Shown here: one piece after another, positions 16,152-25,394 of the stretch
Numbering within the stretch: the stretch's first letter is position 1
Layout of the letters: every line of letters starts with the position of its first letter
Source: a virus
Taxonomy: Duplodnaviria; Caudoviricetes
Virus record (IMG/VR): IMGVR_UViG_3300022538_000532
Span: 1-44,899 of that record
Direction: 5' to 3' (one strand)
DNA: 44,899 nt
The notes under the pieces: model-generated
What the model was told of the DNA's origin: nothing
The model's database searches: none
Seen by the model: only the letters and a program-made list of their open reading frames with translations
Made by a program: the position numbers and the translations under genes

Positions 16152-17366
16152 TTGAGTAGACAATTAAAAAATTGGCTTAAGGCATATCAGGAATACACAG
16201 AAGAAACTGAATCGGCTCCTGTATTTCATAAATGGGTAGGAGTTAGTATGATAGCAGCAGCACTGCAAAAGAAAGTCTGGTTTAATTTTGGCAGATTAAA
16301 AATATATCCTAATCTTTATGTTGTCTTGATTGCAGAGCCAGGAATAGCAAGAAAGACACAAGCAATTTCTTATGGAACTAAAATATTAAATGAGATACCT
16401 GAGATTACTTTAAGTGCAGATGCAACTACTAAAGAAGCTTTACTTCAAGATCTTGAAGAGATAGGGAATAGAAGTGAAACTATTCTGCCAGATATGACAA
16501 GTTTTAAACACGCAAGTTTAAGTATTATATCAAGGGAATTTGAAAGTTTTCTCGGACAGAAATCTGAGAATACAAAGATGTTAGTTTTATTAACTGATCT
16601 TTTTGATTGCGAGGAAATTCCATGGAAATACAGGACGAAGAATTCAGGAAGCAACACAATACCAAGCGTATTTTTGAATATCTTAGGAGCAACGACCCCA
16701 GAATCATTAGCGAGTTCGCTACCAAGTTCAGCCATTGGTGGCGGCTTAACAAGCAGAATTATTTTTGTATGGGCAGCAGGAAAGACAAAGAAGATTCCAA
16801 TTCCGGAGATAAATGAAAGAGCAAAGTCTTTAATACTTCCTCTTAAACAAGACCTTGCTGCTATAGCAAGGATTATAGGTGGATATGATTATTCAGTTAA
16901 CTCAAGAAAATTCTGGGTAGATTGGTATAATACTTACGACGAAAGAGATTCAAATAGAATTTGTAAAGATCCGGCATTCAATGGCTGGTACGCAAGAAAA
17001 CCTCTGTTTCTTTTAAAGTTAAGTGTAATACTTTCTGCGGCAGAATCATCAGAAAAAATTGTTGAAACAGAAAAAATAGAAGAGGCTCTTTCTTTTATAA
17101 CTGAAGTTGAATTAGCTATGGGAAGAACATTTAGTGCAGTAGGAAGGAGTGAGATAACTTCTGATGTAGATTTAGTCATGTCGACCATTAAGCAGTATAG
17201 AAGTATTGCTGAAGCTCAATTAATGCAGATGGTATGGAGGGATATAGATGCAAGGAAATTTGATAATGTTATAAGAACTATTCTATCTACAGGACAAGTT
17301 AAGAGAGAATATAAAAGAGAAGGTATTGATACTAAGATTATTTATACTTGGGCAGGAGACGAATAA
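16152..17366 (+). CDS. DUF3987-like AAA+ replication NTPase/helicase
   Basis: YPNLY...AEPGIARKT (degenerate Walker A), T.EAL, EF..F, LGATTP, GG..SR; TTG start with GGAGG RBS. Confidence 0.7.
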   Translation: MSRQLKNWLKAYQEYTEETESAPVFHKWVGVSMIAAALQKKVWFNFGRLKIYPNLYVVLIAEPGIARKTQAISYGTKILNEIPEITLSADATTKEALLQDLEEIGNRSETILPDMTSFKHASLSIISREFESFLGQKSENTKMLVLLTDLFDCEEIPWKYRTKNSGSNTIPSVFLNILGATTPESLASSLPSSAIGGGLTSRIIFVWAAGKTKKIPIPEINERAKSLILPLKQDLAAIARIIGGYDYSVNSRKFWVDWYNTYDERDSNRICKDPAFNGWYARKPLFLLKLSVILSAAESSEKIVETEKIEEALSFITEVELAMGRTFSAVGRSEITSDVDLVMSTIKQYRSIAEAQLMQMVWRDIDARKFDNVIRTILSTGQVKREYKREGIDTKIIYTWAGDE

Positions 17367-17367
17367 A

Positions 17368-17580
17368 ATGGAAACTTATTTTAAAATAGAAGTTAATTGT
17401 TTAGGAACATGGGATATATATAGTAGAAGATTAGAAGGATTTAAAACAGTTGCTGAGAAAGCTAAATTTATTATAGAAGAATTATACCTTACTCCAAATC
17501 AAATCAGAATAATAAAAGTAACTGAACTTGAAATTCCTTTTACAAGTAACGAAGAAATTAAAACTTTAATGGAGGTTTAA
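17368..17580 (+). CDS. Hypothetical protein
   Basis: Start moved to METYF after AGGAG RBS. Confidence 0.6.
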   Translation: METYFKIEVNCLGTWDIYSRRLEGFKTVAEKAKFIIEELYLTPNQIRIIKVTELEIPFTSNEEIKTLMEV

Positions 17581-17823
17581 ATGCCTAAACAAGAACTTAA
17601 TAAAGGAGAATTAGCAGGCCGTAGAAATTATGCTAAAATGATAATTGCTTGTCAGATTGGTCAATGCAGAAAACTTCTTGATGATAATAAGAATCATGGC
17701 ACTCTTTATTACAGAGAAAAAAGATTTCTCGAAAAACAGATTTTTAATTTAGGTTTACTTTTAAGTACCTGGGAAGGAAAAGTTCCTTTAGGAGAGATTC
17801 CAAAGACAAAGGAGAAAGAATAA
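17581..17823 (+). CDS. Hypothetical protein
   Basis: 80-aa ORF, GGAGG RBS. Confidence 0.7.
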   Translation: MPKQELNKGELAGRRNYAKMIIACQIGQCRKLLDDNKNHGTLYYREKRFLEKQIFNLGLLLSTWEGKVPLGEIPKTKEKE

Positions 17824-18171
17824 ATGAAATTCAGTGATTATGAAAAGGCTATAGAACCTACAGTTGTTTATAAAAATATAGATTTAAGAATTCCTTCTCT
17901 TCAAGGATTAACTTATGTTACTTTAGGATTGAATAGTGAAGTCGGAGAAATTGCGGGAAAAGCACAGAAATTAATTAGAGATTCAAATGGGATACTTACA
18001 CATAAAATAAAAAGAAAGATTCTTTTAGAATGCGGAGATGCTCTTTGGTTTCTTGCAAGAACTGCCCATGAAATTGGTTATACAATGCAAGATGTTGCTG
18101 AAGCAAATTTGGATAAAGTTTTAAGTAGACTTGATCGAGGCGTTTTAGGTGGAGAAGGAGATAATAGATGA
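17824..18171 (+). CDS. mazG: MazG-like nucleotide pyrophosphohydrolase
   Basis: LGL.SEVGE, LECGDALW, N..K...R, G.GDNR ending. Confidence 0.85.
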   Translation: MKFSDYEKAIEPTVVYKNIDLRIPSLQGLTYVTLGLNSEVGEIAGKAQKLIRDSNGILTHKIKRKILLECGDALWFLARTAHEIGYTMQDVAEANLDKVLSRLDRGVLGGEGDNR

Positions 18172-18788
18172 TAGTAATTAAAACAAACGAAGCGGGTTAT
18201 GAAGAAGCAATATTCGGAGATGGACTTTCATTTGGAAAGACAAGTGGAATTTCTTTTAATGACTTTATTAATAATCCTGATTATATTACGCCATATCTTT
18301 CTTGCGAGGAAAGAACAACTTCTCTTGCTAAAAAAGAAAGAGGTCATGATGGCTCTCTTGCTTTAATCCAAGTCTGGCTTGATATAACTGCCCCACGTTT
18401 CTGGTGGCAGCAATTCGATACCTATTTCTTTAAAAGCCAAAGAAGTGAAAGTACTATGCATACTCTTCTTAAAGAAGAAATAACAGAAAAGAATTTCTCT
18501 GGCTATATGAATCCAGGAATAATCAGAATGCTTAACGAGGAAATAGGACAAGGAAATTTTCAAGCGGCTAAAAATATTCTTCCCGAAAGTTTCCTTCAGC
18601 GAAGAATAGTCTCTACTAATTATTTAACTTTAAAGAATATTTTTCTACAGAGAAAAAACCATAAACTTTCTGAATGGCAAAGATTTATCTGGCAAGTTAC
18701 TACTCAAGTAAATCACCCAAAATTACTTCCAAATATAACAGAAGTAATTAAGAATCTTTCTGATAAAGAAACTGAGGGAAGTCAATAA
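18168..18788 (+). CDS. Divergent ThyX-fold-like protein
   Basis: GH, APR.WW.Q.DTY, SESTMH, LPES..Q.R, QR..H...EW; the canonical ThyX RHRxxSxxxxS motif is absent. Confidence 0.55.
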   Translation: MIVIKTNEAGYEEAIFGDGLSFGKTSGISFNDFINNPDYITPYLSCEERTTSLAKKERGHDGSLALIQVWLDITAPRFWWQQFDTYFFKSQRSESTMHTLLKEEITEKNFSGYMNPGIIRMLNEEIGQGNFQAAKNILPESFLQRRIVSTNYLTLKNIFLQRKNHKLSEWQRFIWQVTTQVNHPKLLPNITEVIKNLSDKETEGSQ

Positions 18789-18793
18789 ATAAC
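18774..18793 (+). promoter_or_regulatory. Dispersed 20-bp motif, copy 9 (degenerate left flank)
   Basis: GAGGGAAGTCAATAAATAAC, overlapping a stop codon. Confidence 0.55.
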
Positions 18794-18795
18794 AT

Positions 18796-18815
18796 GGGAG
18801 AACTTTTGTTCTCCC
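18796..18815 (+). terminator. Hairpin, possible terminator
   Basis: GGGAGAAC-TTTT-GTTCTCCC. Confidence 0.5.
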
Positions 18816-18842
18816 TACTTAAATAGAAAGGAATAAAAGAAA

Positions 18843-19265
18843 ATGAAACCAACTAAATATTTATTAAATAAAATGTTAAATAATGCAGCACATGAATTAC
18901 ATGATGGCTATCTTTACGGAGATTTAAAAGTAGAGTTAATAAAAAAAGATTCTGATATTCACGTAACAGCATGGCTTACAAATAAAGAGGGGAAAGCATT
19001 ATTAGAACTTGAAAAAGATATTATCATAAATAAATACGCAAATGGAGAATTCTATTTCCATAAAGCTGCAATAAAGATGGAATTTGAAGGTATTAAATAT
19101 GAAAGTAAATTTGAAAAAATACAACAAGAAGAAAAACAAGAAGACAATTCAAGTTCTGTAATTAAAGAATTACAGAAGTTAGTTGCTTTTCTTGAAAAGG
19201 AAATGGTAATTAAAGATGAATTTATAAAAAGATTATTAAAAGATATAGACGAAAAGAAGGAATAA
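18843..19265 (+). CDS. Hypothetical protein with C-terminal coiled coil
   Basis: 140-aa ORF with RBS. Confidence 0.7.
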   Translation: MKPTKYLLNKMLNNAAHELHDGYLYGDLKVELIKKDSDIHVTAWLTNKEGKALLELEKDIIINKYANGEFYFHKAAIKMEFEGIKYESKFEKIQQEEKQEDNSSSVIKELQKLVAFLEKEMVIKDEFIKRLLKDIDEKKE

Positions 19266-19271
19266 AAAAAA

Positions 19272-19640
19272 ATGGGAGATTTAAGTAAACACTTTTCAAG
19301 AAAAGAATTTAAATGTAAATGCGGTTGTGGCTTTGATACAGTTGATGCGGAGTTAATTAAGGTACTTGAGATTATCCATGAACATTTTGGGCATGAATTA
19401 ATATTAATTAAATCAGGTTGTCGATGTTCAGGACATAATAAAGCAATAGGAGGAAGTTCAGGTTCTATGCATTTAAAAGCAAAAGCAGCAGATTTTAAAA
19501 TAAAAAGAATTTCTCCTGATTCTGTATGGGAATTTCTTGTCGAAACTTTTCCAGGGAAATATGGAATTGGAAGATATGATGGATTTACTCATATAGATGT
19601 AAGGAAAAGAAAAGCAAGATGGGATGGGAGGAGTAAGTAA
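19272..19640 (+). CDS. Peptidase M15 family (putative endolysin)
   Basis: HFSR.EF.C.CGCG, SG.RC..HN, S.H...AAD, GIGRY..FTHIDVR. Confidence 0.88.
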   Translation: MGDLSKHFSRKEFKCKCGCGFDTVDAELIKVLEIIHEHFGHELILIKSGCRCSGHNKAIGGSSGSMHLKAKAADFKIKRISPDSVWEFLVETFPGKYGIGRYDGFTHIDVRKRKARWDGRSK

Positions 19641-19906
19641 TGATTTCAGATAGAGGAAAGGAATGGGAAGCATTTAGTAAGGAAGTCTTAAAACATATCG
19701 AGGATTATACTGTTCCTCAATACGGGGATAAAGGAGAGGACCAAGTTACTGAATGGAATCCGGAGGAATGTATCTTAACTATAAAGAAATACGCAGCAAG
19801 ATTCGGTTCCAATATGCGAGAAGGACAGAATGAAATGGACTTAAAGAAGATTGCTCATTATGCTTGCCTGGCTTTTTTTAAGTTAAAGAATAGGAAAATA
19901 AAATGA
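19640..19906 (+). CDS. DUF3310-like hypothetical protein
   Basis: KY..RFG......DL.KIAHY pattern. Confidence 0.5.
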   Translation: MISDRGKEWEAFSKEVLKHIEDYTVPQYGDKGEDQVTEWNPEECILTIKKYAARFGSNMREGQNEMDLKKIAHYACLAFFKLKNRKIK

Positions 19907-20196
19907 TTATAACGGAAGAAAAAATTATCAAATACAAAAGAAAAGAAGAAGTTTTTGTAAAATTAATTTGTGGTATCTGCAGAAAAGAAACTTCACATGA
20001 AGATTGGTCCAAGAATGATTTTCGTGAGGCTTTCGAAGAAAATATAACAAAAGTTTCTCTGGTTGAGAATACTGCCTGGCCAGAAGGTGCTACAGGAAGG
20101 AAAATAGAGTATCACATCTGCCTAGAATGTTTTAAGAAAAAACTAATTCCATTTCTTAAATCTTTAGATGCTGAATATACAGAAACTAAATGGTAG
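19903..20196 (+). CDS. Hypothetical Zn-binding protein
   Basis: CxxC ... CxxC. Confidence 0.65.
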   Translation: MIITEEKIIKYKRKEEVFVKLICGICRKETSHEDWSKNDFREAFEENITKVSLVENTAWPEGATGRKIEYHICLECFKKKLIPFLKSLDAEYTETKW

Positions 20197-20202
20197 AATA
20201 AA

Positions 20203-20229
20203 GAGGGGCATAAGCCCCTCCCTTTTCTT
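20203..20229. terminator. Terminator between the convergent arms
   Basis: GAGGGGC-ATAA-GCCCCTC flanked by A-rich and T-rich tracts. Confidence 0.75.
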
Positions 20230-23200
20230 AATGCCCCATTCCCTTCGCAGGAACTCCAAAGATATACATCAAAGGAGAATCCTTATATATCTTAGGAATA
20301 TCCCTTTCAGAAATCCTTAAAGCCTTCTTCACTACAGTCGGCATAGGTCCTGTAGATTTAAGATAATCCTGTAAAAAAGTATTTACTGGAAACATATCAT
20401 GATCCTTACCAAAAGGTTCTTGGATAGTCCTTGCAGTACTTTGAAAGATAGGACTTAAGTGCAACTCCGCTGTATCCTCCATTGTAACAAAAGGTAAATG
20501 CACAGAATGCGGTTTAAAATTAACTCCTACCATACTACCTCCTCCAATAACAGCTCCAGTATAAAGAATCTCCCTCATAAATTGCTGACTTAAACTCGTC
20601 CCAAAAACATCTGCTTCTTGATTCAAAGCATCCCGAATTAAATTTCCTTTCATACTTCCTTCAGCTTTCCAGATATAACTTCGAAGATCATACAAATCCT
20701 TAAGTGTCTTATTTACATCCTGCTCTTTAATTACTCCCCAAGCTCCCTTAACTGACTTACCAAAAGCCCTTCCGTGAAGAAGTCTCCTTTCAAGAATCTT
20801 AAACGGCGTAGCTTGAAACAACATCAAAGCTCTTACCTTAGGATTCCTTAACCATCTTGGACTTAAATTCCCTCCTAAAAAGTTATTCTTAAGTATCGCA
20901 GAGTAAATTGCATTACTCGCCTGTACTCCAGTCATTCCTTTTCTCGCTGCCATTTCTGTCGCTGCCAGAACTGTATGCGTCCGGTCAAAACTTTCTATCA
21001 TCTGCATTGGAATAGAGCCTTTTTTGTTTATGTATTCCAGACTCTTATCAAACCAACTCTCAAAAGCTCCTCTATTACTAACCATTTCTCGGACATCCAT
21101 ATCAGCTAAATAACCTAAATGCCTACTCTGAAGTGTAAAAGATTTAACTGTATCATCTATAAAATGCTTCTCAGTTCCAGGATTTATTCCCAACTTCCTA
21201 ATCAACATTCCTGCAGCAGGATCATTCCTCCAATTCCTCACAGTCACCTCAAAACTTTCCTTCACATGACTCAAACTTTCCTTAGCTCCAAATGTCGCAT
21301 ACGTTCCGGTCAATTTAAATAAATGCTTAAAGGCACTACTTGGATTCATAAACAAAAATCTCATTACTTCAAAAGCAGAATATCTATTCGCCAGTCTATT
21401 CGTCGCGGTATCCTCAAATGGCTTCATTCCTTCTTCTATTCCATCCCAGAAATTCTTTAGTTCAGGATTACTTCTAATTACCGCCGAATTTTTATGTGCA
21501 TGCCAAGACGTAGTTTTATTTCCTTTATCCCAGAACTTAGTTACTTGAATTCTATGCTCTATATCTGGAATATATTTACTCATATTATATCCAACATCTG
21601 GAATCATCTGTTTCGAGTATTTAGTTCTTCTGTGAAATTTAGCAAAAGGAACTGAATCAGGAGCATTAATCCCAGTTGATTCCAAAACCTTTTCTGCATT
21701 CTCCTTAATCCATTTCGGATGAAAAGCATGATGCATAAAAGGTCTGTCAGTTTTAATTTCCTGTCCTACTTCCAGAAGCCTTCTTCCATATTCCTCATTA
21801 AAAACCTTCAGTCTTTTAACAGCAAGTTTCTCTTCAGAAGTAATAACTTCCTTCAACCAAGGATAATTAATAAAATCCTCAGTATCCTCAGCCGCAAGCG
21901 AAATCCTCGTACTCGAATATCTCCCCGCAAGTATCTTAATTTTACTTTCATATTCAGTATTAAACTTTTCAAACTCAGGCATTAACTTCTTTCTAGATTC
22001 TTTAAGATTTTCTAACTGCCCCTCAAGAGTATCAATAGAAATTATTCTTCTCTTTCCTTTTCCAAGTTTTCTTTCTAACTTCTTAATACTTTCTATTCTC
22101 TTTTCTAACTGCCCTATATGCTTATCCACTGCACTTAATGCCGTAACTGATCCTGAATACTTCTCAGCCAGTCCTTCCATTTCAGCAGAAATTGCCCTCG
22201 TTACCTTTCCGTCCAAACTTCCCGGAACTTCATTTAGGATATTCTTCAATACTGTCTGCCCATTCATTACATTCCCAGTAATAACTCCCTGCATCATAGC
22301 TAATTCAGGAACTGGCCCCATTCCACTTTTATAATAAATCTGCTCCTGAGTAAAAGGACTCATAAACTTAGCCATCCCTCCAAAGATACTTTTAGTTGCC
22401 TTTACTGCATCATTTAATTTAACTCCAGCATCAGTAACAGCTTTCGCTGTACTCATAACCCGCATTTCTTTTGGAAGAGTAAAAGGATTAGCTGGATCAA
22501 TCTCTCTTAATATAGCATCATTCTCTACAAACTCTTTAATCAATTTATCCTTAGCTTTTCCACTCCCTTCAACCGCTGCTTTAAACATCTTAGGAACTAA
22601 CAACTTTCCAACTGAACTTAATGTCCCTGCCTCTGCTTCATCAGGAGAAAGTAAACTTGCCAACGGAACTAATGTAGCTCCTAAAACAATACTCTTAAAA
22701 ACATCCAGCGAATCTCTCGCCCTTCCTTCTTTAGTAACTTTCGCTCCTTTTATATCTCTTTTATTAGCTATATCAGCTTCTCTCTTAAGACTTTTTAAAA
22801 ACGTTTCTTCTTTAACCTCAAAAGCAGCCTGCTTAAATAATTCAAAAGGACTTAACTCTTCTTCAATAATCTTTCCTACATCACTCCCACTAACTACCGC
22901 AGGAATTTCCTCAACTCCCTCTTCCATATTCTTAAGTAACGTTCCTTCTTCTATCTTAACTCTCTTCGCAGAAATGTCAATTTTTGATGTCGTTACTTGA
23001 ATTGATTCTGAGACTTTTGGTTTAGGAATTTTCTTTAAAAGAAATTCTTCTTTGCTTGCTTTGTCTGTAATTCGATTTAATCTTGCAGCATTAGCACTAT
23101 CGATAAAGTCATCTGTAATATCTTTTCCTATAAGATATTCTCTATTTCTTAAGGTCATCATAACTTTTTCTGCTGCAGTAATAGGAGGTAAACCTTCTTT

Positions 23201-24730
23201 CTTTCTTAGTTTATTAGCTAAAGTATTCGCTCGGGATTTAAGCATTTTATCTACTAAGTTACTTGCGTATCCTTTACCTACAAGATATTCTTTATTTTTT
23301 AAGTTAATAATTATCTTCTTTTGTTCTGCAGATAACTGCTCAAATCTATAAGCAAAATCAATATCTTCTCGCTTAGTAATTTCTTTTTCTATAAGTTTTT
23401 CCTGCTCAAATTTTTTCATGGACTTATGAATGCCTACTACATCAGCATCACGAAGGATTCTTTCTGTCTCTTCTTCAGTTGCATTAGTAAATAAACTTTT
23501 AAATTGTTTTGGATCTGAACGATACCAATCGTCAGAAGTAGACTTTGCAAGTTCTCTTGAAATAATATCTCTTGGAGCTATTGGTTCTTTAGGAGTTACT
23601 CTTTTTGCAAATTCCTTTGCTTGTTTAGGATTAGTAGGAATTGATCTTAAAAGTTCTTGTGTTATACTGAAATTCTGTATCTCAGTAAGTCCTTGAAGAG
23701 CTTCAGTTTCTGCATAGGAATCTATACCTAAATGTCTATCATACATTATTCCTTTAGAACCTGGAGTACTTTTTATTTTATCCCAAGCTTCTTTTGTAAT
23801 TCTTTCAGTTCTTTGTGCTTTACCTGCTTTAATAATTTCTTTTGCTTTAGGAAAGAAAGAGAGTTTATTAGTTAATTCTTTAGAGATTCTTCCCGCTTCT
23901 ACTGCGGTAAATAAAACTTTACCTGCTGCTTTTTCTATTCCAACACCCATAGCTATATCAGGAGCAATTTCTAAACCAAGAACTTGAGCTTTATCCAGCA
24001 AAGAATCACTTCCCATATTTGCATTATACCACTCAGTATTTTTAAGTGCTCGTCTTAAAGCATGTCCAGGAACTGCGACTGCCGCTGCAAGTGCACCAAA
24101 AGATACAGCTCCAGGAAGTCCCCCAAAGGCAGCTCCAAGTCCTGCACCAATAGCAGTTTCAGCAGCAATTTGTCCAGGAGAGGCAAAATAACTTATCTTA
24201 CTTCTTTCTCCTTTTTCAATTGCTTTTGTCGCTTCAAGCCATTGATCATAACCAACAGGTTTCTTTACATCTGGATCATCAGTATCAAAACCTACGATTT
24301 CAAATAAGGAAGTATCTGCTTCTCTTTTATACCTATTAGATCTTTCTAAACGAGAAACTCCTTCTGCATCCGGTCTTTGCAGTAACTCATTAAATCTTCT
24401 ACCTATTATTTCTTCTTTTGAAAGCTTTTTAAACTCAGGATTCTGAAGATCAGTAAGTAAACTCATCCTGAACTCTTCTCCGAATCCCTCCATAGGATTT
24501 CCACGATTCAGTTTATCAACTGCAGTAGTTTTATCAATTACATCTGTAGGAGGTTTCTTAGTAGAAAGACTTGCAAAGCGAGCATGATCCGAAACTACTT
24601 TATCTAACTTAGAAGGATCAGTAAGAAGTTCTTGTTTCTTCTGTTCTCTCTCCATTCTTGCTCTACGTAAATTTTCAAAGTAATTACTCCGCCTTGGAGC
24701 ACGACTTATCATTTGCTGTGTAATTCCCAT
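20228..24730 (-). CDS. Large internal virion / DNA ejection protein (putative)
   Basis: 1500 aa, last gene of the structural arm, Gly/Ala-rich hydrophobic segments; function inferred from position in podovirus-like genomes. Confidence 0.6.
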   Translation of the reverse strand: MGITQQMISRAPRRSNYFENLRRARMEREQKKQELLTDPSKLDKVVSDHARFASLSTKKPPTDVIDKTTAVDKLNRGNPMEGFGEEFRMSLLTDLQNPEFKKLSKEEIIGRRFNELLQRPDAEGVSRLERSNRYKREADTSLFEIVGFDTDDPDVKKPVGYDQWLEATKAIEKGERSKISYFASPGQIAAETAIGAGLGAAFGGLPGAVSFGALAAAVAVPGHALRRALKNTEWYNANMGSDSLLDKAQVLGLEIAPDIAMGVGIEKAAGKVLFTAVEAGRISKELTNKLSFFPKAKEIIKAGKAQRTERITKEAWDKIKSTPGSKGIMYDRHLGIDSYAETEALQGLTEIQNFSITQELLRSIPTNPKQAKEFAKRVTPKEPIAPRDIISRELAKSTSDDWYRSDPKQFKSLFTNATEEETERILRDADVVGIHKSMKKFEQEKLIEKEITKREDIDFAYRFEQLSAEQKKIIINLKNKEYLVGKGYASNLVDKMLKSRANTLANKLRKKEGLPPITAAEKVMMTLRNREYLIGKDITDDFIDSANAARLNRITDKASKEEFLLKKIPKPKVSESIQVTTSKIDISAKRVKIEEGTLLKNMEEGVEEIPAVVSGSDVGKIIEEELSPFELFKQAAFEVKEETFLKSLKREADIANKRDIKGAKVTKEGRARDSLDVFKSIVLGATLVPLASLLSPDEAEAGTLSSVGKLLVPKMFKAAVEGSGKAKDKLIKEFVENDAILREIDPANPFTLPKEMRVMSTAKAVTDAGVKLNDAVKATKSIFGGMAKFMSPFTQEQIYYKSGMGPVPELAMMQGVITGNVMNGQTVLKNILNEVPGSLDGKVTRAISAEMEGLAEKYSGSVTALSAVDKHIGQLEKRIESIKKLERKLGKGKRRIISIDTLEGQLENLKESRKKLMPEFEKFNTEYESKIKILAGRYSSTRISLAAEDTEDFINYPWLKEVITSEEKLAVKRLKVFNEEYGRRLLEVGQEIKTDRPFMHHAFHPKWIKENAEKVLESTGINAPDSVPFAKFHRRTKYSKQMIPDVGYNMSKYIPDIEHRIQVTKFWDKGNKTTSWHAHKNSAVIRSNPELKNFWDGIEEGMKPFEDTATNRLANRYSAFEVMRFLFMNPSSAFKHLFKLTGTYATFGAKESLSHVKESFEVTVRNWRNDPAAGMLIRKLGINPGTEKHFIDDTVKSFTLQSRHLGYLADMDVREMVSNRGAFESWFDKSLEYINKKGSIPMQMIESFDRTHTVLAATEMAARKGMTGVQASNAIYSAILKNNFLGGNLSPRWLRNPKVRALMLFQATPFKILERRLLHGRAFGKSVKGAWGVIKEQDVNKTLKDLYDLRSYIWKAEGSMKGNLIRDALNQEADVFGTSLSQQFMREILYTGAVIGGGSMVGVNFKPHSVHLPFVTMEDTAELHLSPIFQSTARTIQEPFGKDHDMFPVNTFLQDYLKSTGPMPTVVKKALRISERDIPKIYKDSPLMYIFGVPAKGMGH
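22969..22988 (+). promoter_or_regulatory. Dispersed 20-bp motif, copy 10 (intragenic)
   Basis: CAGAAATGTCAATTTTTGAT. Confidence 0.6.
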
Positions 24731-24742
24731 TTCTTTTCCTTT

Positions 24743-25393
24743 CTATCTTCTTACCGGAGTTGCTAAATATTGTAAACCTCTTCCAATTCCTCTAATAGCA
24801 GGCCGTGTGATATATCTTTCTGCTGCTCCGTATATATCTTTAAGTCCTTTAATACCAGTTGCGTAACCTAATGGGGTCTCTGCAAATTCATAAAATGGAT
24901 CTACAGCAGCTCTTACAGTTTCAAATGCTGTACGTTTACGAGGTTTTTTTCTGTCTACAGGTTCTGTTATAGCAGGTCTTGCTACTTCAACACCTCTTCT
25001 TTCAGCTAAACCTCCTACTCCTAATGGTCTTCCTATAGCAGAATATCTTGTCGTAACTCCTCCACGTGTAACAGTTGGGGTAATATCAAGTCCTTTCTCT
25101 TCTTCAAGATAAGCTCTACGTTGTTCCTGCTGTTCACGTAAAGCTCCTCTTCTTTCCCCCAGAGCTACTCTTGCAAACTGAGGATCATATTCCCTTGCTA
25201 AACCAGTCTGGAAACGAGTCGCTTCTGCTTCTGCAAGTCTTTGTTCTCCAAGAGGTCTGGCAATTCTTTCTCTTTCAGCCATTTCTTCTCTTGCTAAAGC
25301 GGCTTTACCTGCTCTTGCCTCTTCTCTTTCTTTTCTTTTCTGCGCTGCAAATTCTAAAAACTGCCCGTGTAAAGCTTCTCCTAATCTTGCCAT
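24743..25393 (-). CDS. Putative virion/ejection protein
   Basis: Start moved to MARLGE (GGAGG RBS at the end of the upstream gene); Arg/Glu-rich, helical. Confidence 0.6.
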   Translation of the reverse strand: MARLGEALHGQFLEFAAQKRKEREEARAGKAALAREEMAERERIARPLGEQRLAEAEATRFQTGLAREYDPQFARVALGERRGALREQQEQRRAYLEEEKGLDITPTVTRGGVTTRYSAIGRPLGVGGLAERRGVEVARPAITEPVDRKKPRKRTAFETVRAAVDPFYEFAETPLGYATGIKGLKDIYGAAERYITRPAIRGIGRGLQYLATPVRR

Positions 25394-25394
25394 T

